Translations under genes and position numbers: made by a program | From: Hyphochytrium catenoides | Taxonomy: Eukaryota > Protista > Hyphochytriomycota | Assembly: GCA_900088475.1 (NCBI GenBank) | Contig: FLMG01000623.1 | Coordinates: forward strand, 1-60,360 | DNA: 60,360 nt | Direction of reading: 5' to 3' | Notes under the pieces: generated by a model | The model's database searches: none | Seen by the model: only the letters and a program-made list of their open reading frames with translations | What the model was told of the DNA's origin: nothing | Part shown: positions 23,671 through 35,500 of the stretch, piece after piece | Layout of the letters: each line of letters starts with the position of its first letter | Numbering within the stretch: the first letter of the stretch is position 1

Positions 23671-26600
23671 ATGTTCGGGAAGTTTCTCAATGGCTTTGGC
23701 GGGGGAGATAGAGACAGACCACCTCCCTCCAAAGGACGAGGAGGCGGTGGAGCTAAAGAGAAAAGAGTACGGAAAGGTGCATCTCCTGCTGGGTTGAGTG
23801 CTGAAGAGGAACTGGCGCAGATGCTAGGCGGAGGACTCAAGATTAACAGTCAAGAAGTAGACAAAGAGCTGTCTCTCCTCATGGGAGAGCTGGGGATGGG
23901 GCATACAGTCAGAGGAGGAGGCGACGATGGGGAAAGCGATGAGGAGGCAGCGATAATGCGCCAGCTTGGCATTGATAACCTCTCTCACGATGAAGATGAC
24001 CCGCTATCGGAGCTTGGGCTCAAGGGCCAGAGCCTGGTAATCTTGCCATTCTTTCAATCTTCCTGTTCCTCTGCAGACAGCATCTCTTCCGCGGCATCTA
24101 CAGGGCAGCTTTACTGGTGATATTGGTGTTCTGCCCTGCTGTACTATCTCTTGTCGTGAATCTATCTTAGCACTGTCTCTCACTCCCTCCATTCTCTTCC
24201 TATGCAGTTTATTTTACGTAGCAGCTGTCCTTCCGTGCTCCTTTCTAGCGTGTCAGCTGTCCATGAGTTTCCCTTGTCTTACTGTTTGTCGTTCTCTTTG
24301 CGCTTTTGCTCATGAGTTCTTCGTTGCCCCTTCTCCTCCTGTCTATCCACAGCATGTTTTGAGTTCAATGGAGCTTGAGACGACCGTCGAAGTCACCGAC
24401 GATGATCTCAAAGATCCACATCTCCTGCGGGAGCTGAGAGGACTGGGCTATGTCCCTTCTCCTCGCGCTGTGTCCTCTTCTGCTCCGCCTGCTCCTTCTT
24501 TCTCGCTTCAACATCTTGAAGAGCAGCTAAGAGAGAAACAAAGAGCGGCGGTCGCTCTCAGCAAGAGTGGCAAGACAATGGAGGCAGTGGCTGTTCTAAG
24601 GGAAAGCAGGGCAATAGAGGAGCAGCTCGCCCGTCTTCGCAACAGCTCATCCGCGGCACCGCCTCCACCGCAAGTGGCAAAAGGTGGTCAAGCAAGAGAG
24701 ACCCAGAGAGCAAGAGAGACAGCGGAGATGAGAGAAAAGGCACCGGCGACGCAGATAAGCCCTGCTCTAGACTTGGACTTTAAGGGAAGAGAAGACGAAG
24801 AACCAGAGGTGACGCTAACAGAGGACGACATGGAAGATCCAGAGCTACTCCAAGAACTTGGACAACTGAACAATCCTACAGATTATAGGCGTTCTGTTCC
24901 TCAGCAGAGAGAAAGAAAAAGCAGCGCCCGTCCTGCTGATAATGCGTCCACTCCATCTTCCTCCCCTACTTTCCCATCTGTTCCACAAGATTCGGCTCAG
25001 CAAATACTGAGGTTGAAGAAGCAGGCTCTTGCTCTGAGAAAAGAAGGGAGAATGGAGGAGGCAATCGCATGCATGAAGAGAGTGAGAGAGCTAGAGAGAG
25101 CAGCCGAAGCATCTTCAGCTTCTCTTCCTCTCTCTTCAACTCTTCCGCCGCCTATTCCTCCTCCCGCTGCTGAACCAAAACCTGTCGGAACAGTATCTCG
25201 TCTGGAAGAGCTTCAATCGCTCATTGCAGCGGAGAAGGCCCGGGTTGACAAGCTAAGAGCCCAGGGGGACGTCAAGGGAGCGATGGCAGCAATGAAGAAA
25301 TGGAAGGAGTTGCATGCCGAATTTCTCTCTTTAGCAGCTGGCGGGGAGACAAGTCGCGGAGGGAGGGAGCCGTCCCAAACCTCCTCCACTCCTCCTCCAA
25401 CTGTCGTGGTCTCTACGTCCGCCTCTCTCTCATCCGTTGACTTCTCCAGTCCTTCTATCGGCGTGCTACAGCCTCCGGGCCCAAGTTCTTCTTTACCTTC
25501 TGGTCATTCTTCTGCGCCCACCTTCTCTTCCCCGGCGGAGAGAGTCTCGGATACAGAGGGGCACACGGATGATAGGATCAAAGAAGTAGCCGTGCTCCAG
25601 CACAGAGAGAGACAAGCCTCCCTGGACCTTATGGATGAGTTTGACAACAGCGAAGATGACGGACAAGCTGAAAGAGAAGAGCAGGGAGAGGGCGATAGAA
25701 ACCCGATATACCTCTCTTCACCTGCCCCTTCTCCCTCCCCATTGTCCTCACCCTCTCTCTCTCTGGAGGCTGAGATCCAAGCTCTGCAGCTTCAGGCGGT
25801 GAACCTCAAAAAAGAAGGAAGAGTTCAGGAAGCCTTGCAAGCCTTTCGAAGGATGAGAGAATTGCAAGAGAAGAAGCAACAAGGGGAAGGAGAGAGCCGT
25901 ATTTCTCTCTCTTCACCGGCTCCTGCTTCGCAATTTCCTTTCCAACAGCAATATCTCGAACTTGAGAAGAAGCTTGTAGAAGCTGCGAACCAGACAAATG
26001 GCTGGATCAAGGAATGGGCACCAAAGAACAGGCAGCTAGCGACGGAGCTCAGCGAGATGGTAACAGAAGGAGTTCGCCTGCACTCACACTTGCAATTGAT
26101 ATCTCTCTTCTCCCCGGCTCTATTTGGTCTTCCTCTCTCACATATGGCGCATCCTCTCTCAACTCTGTCTCTAGTCGTAACCATTCTGTCGAAGAGACCC
26201 CTCCCTGCCTAACGATAGAGCTAACTAGACCCTTTCTTTTCGCTGATACTTGTCCTGTCCACCTCAATACTCTCTGTCGAACTTCATCTACAATCCCCCG
26301 CACCTCTTTTTCTGTTTCCCCTTCTCGCACTAGCTATCGCCTACCTCCATCACGTTCTCTGGGCTGAATAGTTCCTCGCCATTTGGCTTCTTTACATTGG
26401 GCTCTTTACTCTCAGGCTTCTTTGCAGTTTTTCAATTTTCGGACGGCAGTCTCATTCCTTCACTTCTCCTTCTAACTTTCATTTGATCTTGCATTCTCTT
26501 CTCACGCTCTCCACTTTCAATCATCACAGAGAAAGCAATACTCAGAGCAACTCCAAACGCTAAGAGCAGCGCGGAAGAACCCATCGCAGCCTCCTCCCTC

Positions 26601-28662
26601 TTTCTCTCTCTCCAGCCGCCGCTTCCCAGTAGAGCATCGCCTAGAGTACATCCCTGCAGACCAGCTGGAGCTCCATATCCTGTCTCTTGAGGAGCTCTCC
26701 CCGTCTCTCGCTCGTTCATCTCTCTTCGTAGACTTTGACTTGGGCTTTCCTTCCGATCAGCATCACCAAGGAAAGACACCTTATCTGTATCCCTCAACCG
26801 GGTCATCGTCTTCCTCTCCTCTCTCTGTTTCCTATAACTTCACTCAGCGGTTCTCTCTAAAGCGTGGCACTTTGACTCGTCGCGCATTTGAAATTCGGAA
26901 GGTTAATTTTGAAGTATACAAATCCCGTCTCCTAGGCCAGGACCTTCTGGGCAGAACCTCAGTAGAGCTGGTAAGGCAGGAGACCGCGAGACCGCAAAGG
27001 GATCTACAGAAAAGATGAAAGTCAGTGGAAGTTTGTTGAAGTGGTCTAAGGATTGATAGATCAGGAGGGAACGAGATGGTAAAGGTCGTGGACACCTCTT
27101 ACTGATGCCTTACATAGACTTTCTTCATCAATGTCGGGACTCACACATTTCGCCTGCGTATCCTTAACTCTCGCTCTCATCAGAAACACTTACTCAATAA
27201 GTGCGAGATAGCAGCCACTTTGCCTCTAATGGAAGGAAGGAAAGCAGTTGGAGGCTCTATCAAAGTAAAACTCTACTGCGGTCTTCCTATATCTTCCTCT
27301 TTGCTCTGTCTTTGACCTGTTGTCTTTATCCTTTTTCTTCCTTACTGCCGGATATCTATCTTAGGCTACTTTGTACCTTCGTTGTCACGATATCTCTTCC
27401 GTAACTCTTTGACAATGCACTCTAGTTGCTGCCTTTTTATGCTGACCCCGAGTCAGGGTGCGCTCCTCTCCGTCTGTCTTCTTCCTTAGGCCACGCCTGG
27501 TATCTGCACTCTCCAAAATCTTTTCCCAATTTACATACTCAACATGTCTATCTCTTAATGTGGCATTAGGTCAGTATACGCCTACAAACTCCATTGGCTG
27601 AGAAGGAGATCCAGTACAAGGAATTCCCCTACGTCGTTGTCTCCAGTTATCCTCCTCCTATTTCTCAACCCTCTGGCACTTCCCTCTCTCCAGTCACCCC
27701 TTCTCCTACCACCTCTCTTCCTTCTCCAGCTCAAACACCAATGGCATCGGTCACTCCTAGTTCACGAGGCCCAGCAGTCGCTCCTTCGAAATCTGAGGGT
27801 CGGACTGTGGTGCCAGCCAAGGAGCTCGAGGACCCTGAGGCTGAAGCGCTAATGGTTAGCTACGACGTTTTGACCGCTGAGGTAGGGAAATTAAACACCC
27901 CGCTCCCAAGAGCTGACTATTCTGTCATGGTTTCTTTATCCTCTTTGATATCTTCCTTAATCCGCTCTGCTGCGTAAAAGTCACCCAAACCATCATGCTC
28001 TCTCCTTCGTTTCTCGCGTCTCCGTCTGGCCTGGTCAGTTCAGGGCTAAGAGCTTCCTGCCATTTATTATCTTAGTTCCTCAATTACCCTGCGATGTCTG
28101 TCTTACTCATATTACTCTTTTTCCTTTCAGATTGAGACCGTCTCCAGGGTCCTTGCGTCCTCCCCCTCGGAAGATCCCCTGTCTCCTCTTTCTCTCCGCC
28201 TATCTGTACTCGAACGCAAGAAAGAGATGATGGAGCTGCAAATAGAAACGGGAAAGCTAGATATGGAGACATACCTGGAGAGGGTAGAAAAGCGCATTGA
28301 AAAGGACAGGGCTTTAGCTCTTGCCCTTCAGAGAAGAGGTAAGGACGAAGTCTGGGGAGTCGCTGACTCCACTAGCACGTTTAAGCACAGAGTGCCACCT
28401 TCGGTTACCGTCATTCCTATTTACTTCTTCCTTTACAGATCTGGTCTTACCGCGCACTCTGGCCTATGGTTGTCTTCCCACTAAGCAATATGCTCTGTGG
28501 CTTCTATCACCTGTGAGTGGTGTTCGTCGATATTCTCTAACTTCTTTCCTTGCGTCTCTCGCTTTTTTAGGGGACAAAGAGCTAGCTATGAAAGTGATGA
28601 AGCGAGTCTCCATCATGAAGAGCGAGGTTGAGACAGCGCGGCAAAGTGCACAAGAGGAATAA
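23671..28662 (+). CDS. CC2D1A/B / Lethal giant discs-like protein (four DM14 repeats plus C2 domain)
   Basis: Four DM14-like helical hairpins (e.g. LRLKKQALALRKEGRMEEAIACMKRVRELE; LQLQAVNLKKEGRVQEALQAFRRMRELQ). Acidic DDxxDPxLLxEL motifs. C2 domain assembled across exons at about 26530, 27184 and 27570 (LELHILSL...FTQRFSLKRG...VNFEVYKSRLLGQDLLGRTSVEL|KHLLNKCEI...GRKAVGGSIK|VSIRLQTPL). C-terminal LQIETGKLDMETYLERV; stop TAA ending 28662. Confidence 0.8.
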
Positions 28663-29202
28663 CGGCTCACAGCGGTCATAAGGGGCCATAGTAGTACCCC
28701 TCGCCAACGTATCTATGCGTCCTTCCGCCAGAGTCAAGGCAGTGAGTTAACCTGTCTGGCCGGGTTACAGCGAGACTGCGAAGCATGGGAGGAACCAAGG
28801 CGTAGGAAGACAGCCAGCGAATTCAAGATCACGATGTTCCTTGCAGCCCATACAGGGGACGCAGGGCACCAGGCTACGAAGTGCTTGAACTCAAAGGAAG
28901 CAAAGGATGGGCTAGGGCTCTATGTAAATTTTTGGATGTCCCAAAGGTAGTTTGTGAGAGTCTACCAATTTAAGATTAGCACAGGAAGAAAGAGAGCTGT
29001 CATGGCACAATGCAGCCAACTAGCATCTTACGACTCCTGCCACTAGGGAAGACCGAGAAACGCGGCCGGAGAAAGTAGTAGACAAGGGGAGAGAGAGAAG
29101 ATCTTTCATTCGTAGGTATCTCTACGCCCTCTGATTGTTTGAGTAACAATGACGGCGACCCGTTCTGTCTTTTTGTTAACATTTCTCTTCTCTTTTGTCA
29201 GC

Positions 29203-31502
29203 TTATCGCTTTCTTGATACCTGCTGAGCTAGACCCTGCACTTTGCTATCTGACCAAGGAAGATTCTCGTCAATGCTGGGTGCATTATTGCTAAGAGTGG
29301 GGAGAGTTGGAATGGAGAGAAGGATCTTCCCTGTCCCACCGCTCTCTGGCCGCCGCTTGGTGGGACTGCCTCTCCCTTCCTGGGGACTGCCCGTCTGCCG
29401 TGACTCAGACTCCTTAGCAGCCTCAGAAGATAGAGAGGGTGCCTTGGCTTTTCGTTGCCTGCGGAGACAGAGTGACGTGAGGCAATGCGTTAGCTGGACT
29501 GAAGAGTTACGATAGGTTTGAGTCCATTGCCCATATGAGAGAAGGGACGTTAACGACCGCTCGTGAGATTGCGACGGGAGGGTAGGAGAAGCGAAAGTAG
29601 AGAGACTTGAGCAACGCACTTAAGGCAGGAGAGGATGTGCTCTTTAACCAGGCAGCCAGGTTAATAGAAAGAGAAGTTCCACGGGCAGATTAACCGAAGA
29701 AGATCATGGAGAGGAAAGACGAAAGGTTGTGACGGACTTGGAAGGACTGGTGATGTCATTGAGCTGCCATCCGCCTCCAAGGCCCGAGGTGGCAGCAAGC
29801 TCCAAGCGCATCCTGAGGTCCCGCGTCTCTTCCTCCAGCCGCTTGATCTGCCAGAACAAAGTTTGCATAGAGACGAAGAGCAGGGAGAAAATGACGTAGA
29901 GAATGTGTGAGAGCGGAGCGAGAGAGAGAAAGAAAGATAAGAGAGAGAGAAAGAGATAGTTAGACAGAAAGAGAGAGAGAACAGGTGAAGGGCGGAGGTG
30001 GTCAGTGAAGAAGGGCGTGCGGCGCTCGTAGACAAGGAAATGCAAGGCACGAGCAGCGAGCTCTCCTACAGTGAATGCTATCATATCTCTCTGGGTCGCT
30101 GCTTGCGTCGTATCATCTCACATTTTCTCCTGGGTCTCCTTCCTTACTTGCGATGATAGCTTACGCAACCTGCCTCTCATTTCTTTCTTACTTTGACTCT
30201 TGCCTCTCCATCCCTCACCCCTACCTCCGTCTCTCTGTGTCTACCTCTCCGGCTCCACACTCTCATTCGGCGGAGCCTCTTTCTGTTCTTTTACCTCTTC
30301 TCTCCCTAAAGACCACAGACGGCTTTTGCTCTCCTTCCTACCTCTTTCTGGCTCTGTGCCCTTGTATAATCCAGCTTGTTCCTCAGCTGAATGTATTTGT
30401 CGTCCATCAACCTCAATTGGTCCTCCAGCACCTTTGCGCCTTCCTTCAGCTCCTGAATCACATCCTCTCTTCCCTGATTCTTCTTGGCAAGAAGCGCATT
30501 TCTTGCCTTCAGGGCCTCTAGCTCAGTCTCAGTTTTCCTTTGTAAGTCTAACGCTTTGGCCTTTGCTGCAGCTTCGTGCTTGAGGTGCACCATCAGCTTC
30601 TCTATGTGTTCAGAGAGTTTAGACAGCTTCTCTTCTCCTTCCTTCTTAACCATTTCCTCTCTTTCTCTGAGCTCTTTCTCTTGCCTAAGTTTCTCTGCTA
30701 GAGAAAGAGCCTTCTCCTTGTACTCTTCCAACTGCTTCTTCCTCTCTTCTCCTTCTTTCACAAGTTTCTCCAGCTCCTCAATTCGCTTCATAAAGTGCTT
30801 AGAACGGGCAATCAATCGCCTTCTCTCCTGCTCAAAGATATTTACATAAGAAGAGGTTTTAGGAGAGGACGAAGAATGCAGAGGGGCTGTCTTCCCTTCT
30901 GCTGGGTCCTCTTTCTTCTTTGTCTCATCTCCGTCTCCTCCTTCTCCAGCATCAAAGTCTTGGGTGTACTCCAGGCCCTCTCCTTCATCTCCCTCACCTC
31001 CGTCCTGGTCCTTCTCATCATCCTTGACAGCAGAAGGGAGCTCAAGCTTCACCATGTCGGAAGGTTGGCTGCTTCCTATCCCTGCCAGCTGTGCCTCCAC
31101 GCCTCTCAGATGTATGCGGACGAGCTCGTCCAGTTGCACGTGGTCAAAGGCAGAAAGATCACGGTCAGAGCTACCAATAATCGCAGGGAATAGAAGCGAT
31201 CGGGCATTCTGGATGATCTTGTTCTGATCCTGAAACTGAGCTTTCAGCTTCTCTAGCTGTCTGCCTTGAGAGAGCGTCTTCTCCGCTTGCTTTACTAGTT
31301 CCTCAGATTTGGAATACACCTCATCTTCTAGCTGGGTAACGATATCTTTGACCTCTGGGGGTAGGGAAAGAGAGGAGTGTCTCCGCGCCGCAAGCTTCTT
31401 TTTGTCTCTCTCTTGAAGCTCTGCGACTGTCTTCTGCAACTGTTCGATTTGCTTTTCCTTCTGCTGCAGCAGAAGCTGCATGGAAGAGGCATCCTCCGCC
31501 AT
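29203..31502 (-). CDS. Coiled-coil protein of unknown function, 3 exons
   Basis: Exon 1 31502 to about 30340 (KLSEHIEKLMVHLKHEAAAK...LEDQLRLMDDKYIQLRNKLDYTR, donor GAG|GTAGGA). Exon 2 about 29848-29737 (IKRLEEETRDLRMRLEL). Exon 3 about 29458-29203 ending QQVSRKR*. Confidence 0.8.
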
Positions 31503-32565
31503 CCTCCCGTCCCTCCTCTTACTTGCTCACTTAGTCACGTCCAGCTTTACTCCCAGCTTCGAGGTCTTCTAATTAGCAGCGCCCCTTAATCTTAACCCCA
31601 CAGGTGAGAGTGGAAGACCTGAAATAACATTATCGCTCCAGGTGCTCTTGTCTGGGCGTTGTGTGGCTAACGGGATAGTTGGTGATATCAGTTCTCTCTT
31701 GTCCCTCTCTCTCTCTCTCTTCACTGTTGGATGCCTGAAAGGAAGAGTAGCTGATAGAACCAAGAAGCTTGAGCGAGACAGATGGCTGCAATGTTATCTG
31801 AGAGCACACCACCAGTGGCGAGACCGGCGTGATGGTCGGAGACCAAAGGAAGCAGAAGCGCCGATTCCATGCGGCACTAGGACGGAAGAGAGGCGTGAGA
31901 GAGGAGAAAGTAAGAGAGAGAGTGCGGACGAGAGAGGGCAAACCGGGCGGCACTCCGTGAGCCACTGAGCAAGCAACAATAAGTTATAAGCAGTGCACCA
32001 GCTTCCAAGTGGGAAGAGAGGAGGCCGTTACATCAACCTCAACCATAATGCTCATGACTCGATTATCAAATCATTATCAATGTAGTAACTGTACATTTGC
32101 CTTTCCGACTAGTTATCAGAAAAACAAGGACCGTTACTTTATTACTTGATGCCTTTGGGTCAAGGTACTTCTTTGCCGCCGTCAGCAAGCGAGTGTAGCG
32201 CCTTAGTGGACCTTCTTCTCGACGATTGACAGGAGGCTACAGCTCTACGTCTGCTCTTCTTCTAGTTCCTAGCACTGTTCCATGTCCAGTCAGCGAGAGT
32301 ATCTAGGCGAGCTCCCCTAAAGAGTATTGGGAGAGAGGTGCGATCTTCAAAAAGACAAGGTGATATATATCTAGAACTACCTTCTTATAGGAAGTTCCTA
32401 TGAGTGAGTGATGCTGTCCACTACAGAGGTAACACTTAAGTGAAAGAGTTTTCTACGAGAGTCTCAACCATCACGCGCTTCGACAGTGAGCTATGCTTGA
32501 CATGTTGCGCTCATGAGGCGCTCAGAGACAGCAAAAAATTAAAGGAGAAGCATCTAGACACCTCT

Positions 32566-35500
32566 CTACCAAAAGGGGCACCAGCCTATGTAGCACTGGC
32601 AGAGGTTCTCGATGGATGTGGCCTGTCTGATGAGTCTGTCAACCTGCTCCGAGACCGATAACTGGATCTTCTCGTTGAAGTCTCGACCCCGCAGCTTATT
32701 CTGGACGCGAGTGATGACGTTCACGGCACGTTCATTCAGCTCCTCAGTCGGGGCCCCTAGAGCATTCGGTGAGACAGAGTCAGACTAGGTACAGAATACG
32801 GAAGAATTAGAGGATGAAGGACCACATTGAATCGCTCACGAGAAAAAGGGAATGGACAACAGAACCATGCTCGAGCACGGAGGGAGGAATAGTCGAGTAG
32901 GCCAGTACAGAAAACAGTTACCTTCATTATCCTCCACAAACCCTTGCTTGACGTGCCCCTGGTCCGAGCTGCTGCTGGAACCGCTGAGCCTTAAGCCGTT
33001 CCCGTCCACCATCGCTGCCATGGAACCCCGCACTGTACTAGCTCTCTGAAGTGCTCTTGCGGCCATTTTCCTTGCGCCGCCTCCTCTGTCTCTCTCTCCT
33101 GTGCTCTTTCCCATGTCATCGTCATCGATCGAGCGGTCGAGATCGTCGGTGTCATGGTCTTGCTCGTGGGCATGAGACGGAGAGGCCATATTCTTGGTAA
33201 GCAGCCTCCAGTTGATCAAAGGATCATGGACAAATGCCTCTAAGGCAGCCATTAGACTGTCGCGGTTGTCCCGTAAGACCTTCATGGTGCCTAACCATAA
33301 AGCGGTTTTAGGGCCAAAAGGAGAGAGAAGTCATCCTGTCGCTAATTATATCTAGGCCTTTCCATTGGAGCTCTTTCTCTCTCTCTCTCCTCCCCTACCG
33401 GTTGCCCTAAGTTACCTTCGCAAGTGAATCTGAAGTGTCCCTCAATCCCGCTGACCTCCATAGCAGTGGTCATCATACGGGTCAGACGGAAAGGAATCTT
33501 TTCTGGGTACTGAACGGCAAGAGATGGGTCAGACACTGGATCATCTGTCTAGAGATACCTAATTTGGGTGGACTTTCTGTCTTTCTCTCTCATAAAATAA
33601 GGGACTTCGTATTCTCTAGCTCTTTCTCGTGGCTAGCGGCCGTGCTAGCTTTCGCTGTCTAACCTCAATCTACTTACAATCTTATGGCCACCAGGCTGCT
33701 CCACTCCGTCCTCTCTCTACATGGCCCCCTCCTCGAGTTCCTCCATCTCCCGTTAGAACTCTTCACTGTACCTCCCCCAAAGCTCACCTTGTCTCTTTGC
33801 ATGGCAACCTCAAAGCAGTCTCCAAAGTCAATGTGCACTATCTTTCCCGTGGATCTCTCCAGCATAAGATTGGAAGGATGTCTGTCTCCTAGACCTAAAA
33901 TGTAGCCCACCATGGACATCAAGGCAAGAGAGCGGGAGTAGCTCTTTCTTCTTTCCAGCCACACTTCTGAATTCTGACTCTTAAGCCAGAGAACCCTACA
34001 CGGACAGGGTTTACTAAATGAGGGGGAGCTGCTCTCCACATAGGAAAAGAAGGAACTAATAGACAACTCGGAGCAAAGAAAGGCCGTTGAAAAGATCCTT
34101 GGTGAGTGGCAAAGTTTAGGGTAGGGGGAAATAGAAAAAGCGAAAGAAAGACTTTAAGAGGCAATGGGGTAGGAGTTAGAGTGACACAAGGGTGAGGCGT
34201 ACTTGGACAGATCCTGGCCGGTGGTATGTTGCAGCACGTCCTCGAACACCTCAATCTTCATAGGCACAGCGAGCTTGTCATAGTCCGGAGCCATTCTTAA
34301 CATCAGACGGTGCTCCACATTTAAAGGAATCTTACGAGCTTCGCGATAGTCGCGGATTAACTGGTGAAGAGTATCACAGTTCGGAACCCACCCGATCATG
34401 CCTATAGGAAAGAGAAGCAGGGAGAGTGAGAGACACAAAGTGACAAGAGAGACAGGGAAGAAAAACGAGCTTGAGGAGAAGTATACGTTGTAGTTGGTGA
34501 TGAAATGAACAAACACGTGGTTTTATAATTCCCTACCCGCTGTGTGAGACAAAGGAAGTACTGAGTATCTTTTAATGGCAAGATTCCTCTTTGAGGTGTC
34601 TCTGTCGCTCTGTAGCAGTGTGTTTATCAGCCCAAACAACTGCATGACACGCTCGTCCTGGCGAAGATCCTCGTGGCCTATGGACAAGAGTCGTTACCGC
34701 CACTATATCCAGGCCCGGGTACGGAGACAAGACTAGTATAACGGACAAAAGCTTACCTTTCAGCAAGAACATATGCGGTTTCCCGTCCGAACCGTTAATG
34801 GTGATTTTCCTTGGCCTCTGCTTTGAGGTCAAGATCTGCACGGATGGGTGGAAGGAGCGAATGCGCACAATGGCGTTGCCAGGGTGATAGGTGCCTGCGA
34901 GGAGCAAAAGGTCCCAGAACAGCAAGAGACGGTAATAGGAGTGGCATAGGGGCCGGGTAAGCATTTTAGGATCCGATGATCTCTCCCTCTCCTGCTGATA
35001 ACTCTTTCAACAACGGCTCCCTCGCTTTTATATTTTACCTGGAACGGCCAATGTCAGGTCAGTCGCGCTCAGCAATTTTGGAGCCGCGTTCTCCAACTCG
35101 AGAGTTTGCATCTGGGCAAACTGTTTCTGAATGCGACGGAAGACGTAGTAGTATAGGTCCCAAGCCTGCGTTGAAGAGCAACAGAGAGGGTACACTTAGC
35201 CGTCGCCCCTGGAAGGAAGCCCAGAGGAAAGAACCATCGATTGAGAAGATTTAACGCCGGACTGGGCGAGTATCTTCACCTGATTGAGGTCCTCTTCCTT
35301 TCTTGTCTTCTGATACCGGTCAGTCCATTCCTTAGCCTCCCAGAGATCCCTAGCGAAGGCCTGAAACCAGGAGGCAGAGACATTGACGCAAGTCAGATTA
35401 TGGCGAAGATACAACTCAAAATAAATCACGGCAGGACGGAAACGACTAAAACAAGCAGCAAAGGCACAGTTAGGTATAACGTAGGAACAGCGAAACTGGC

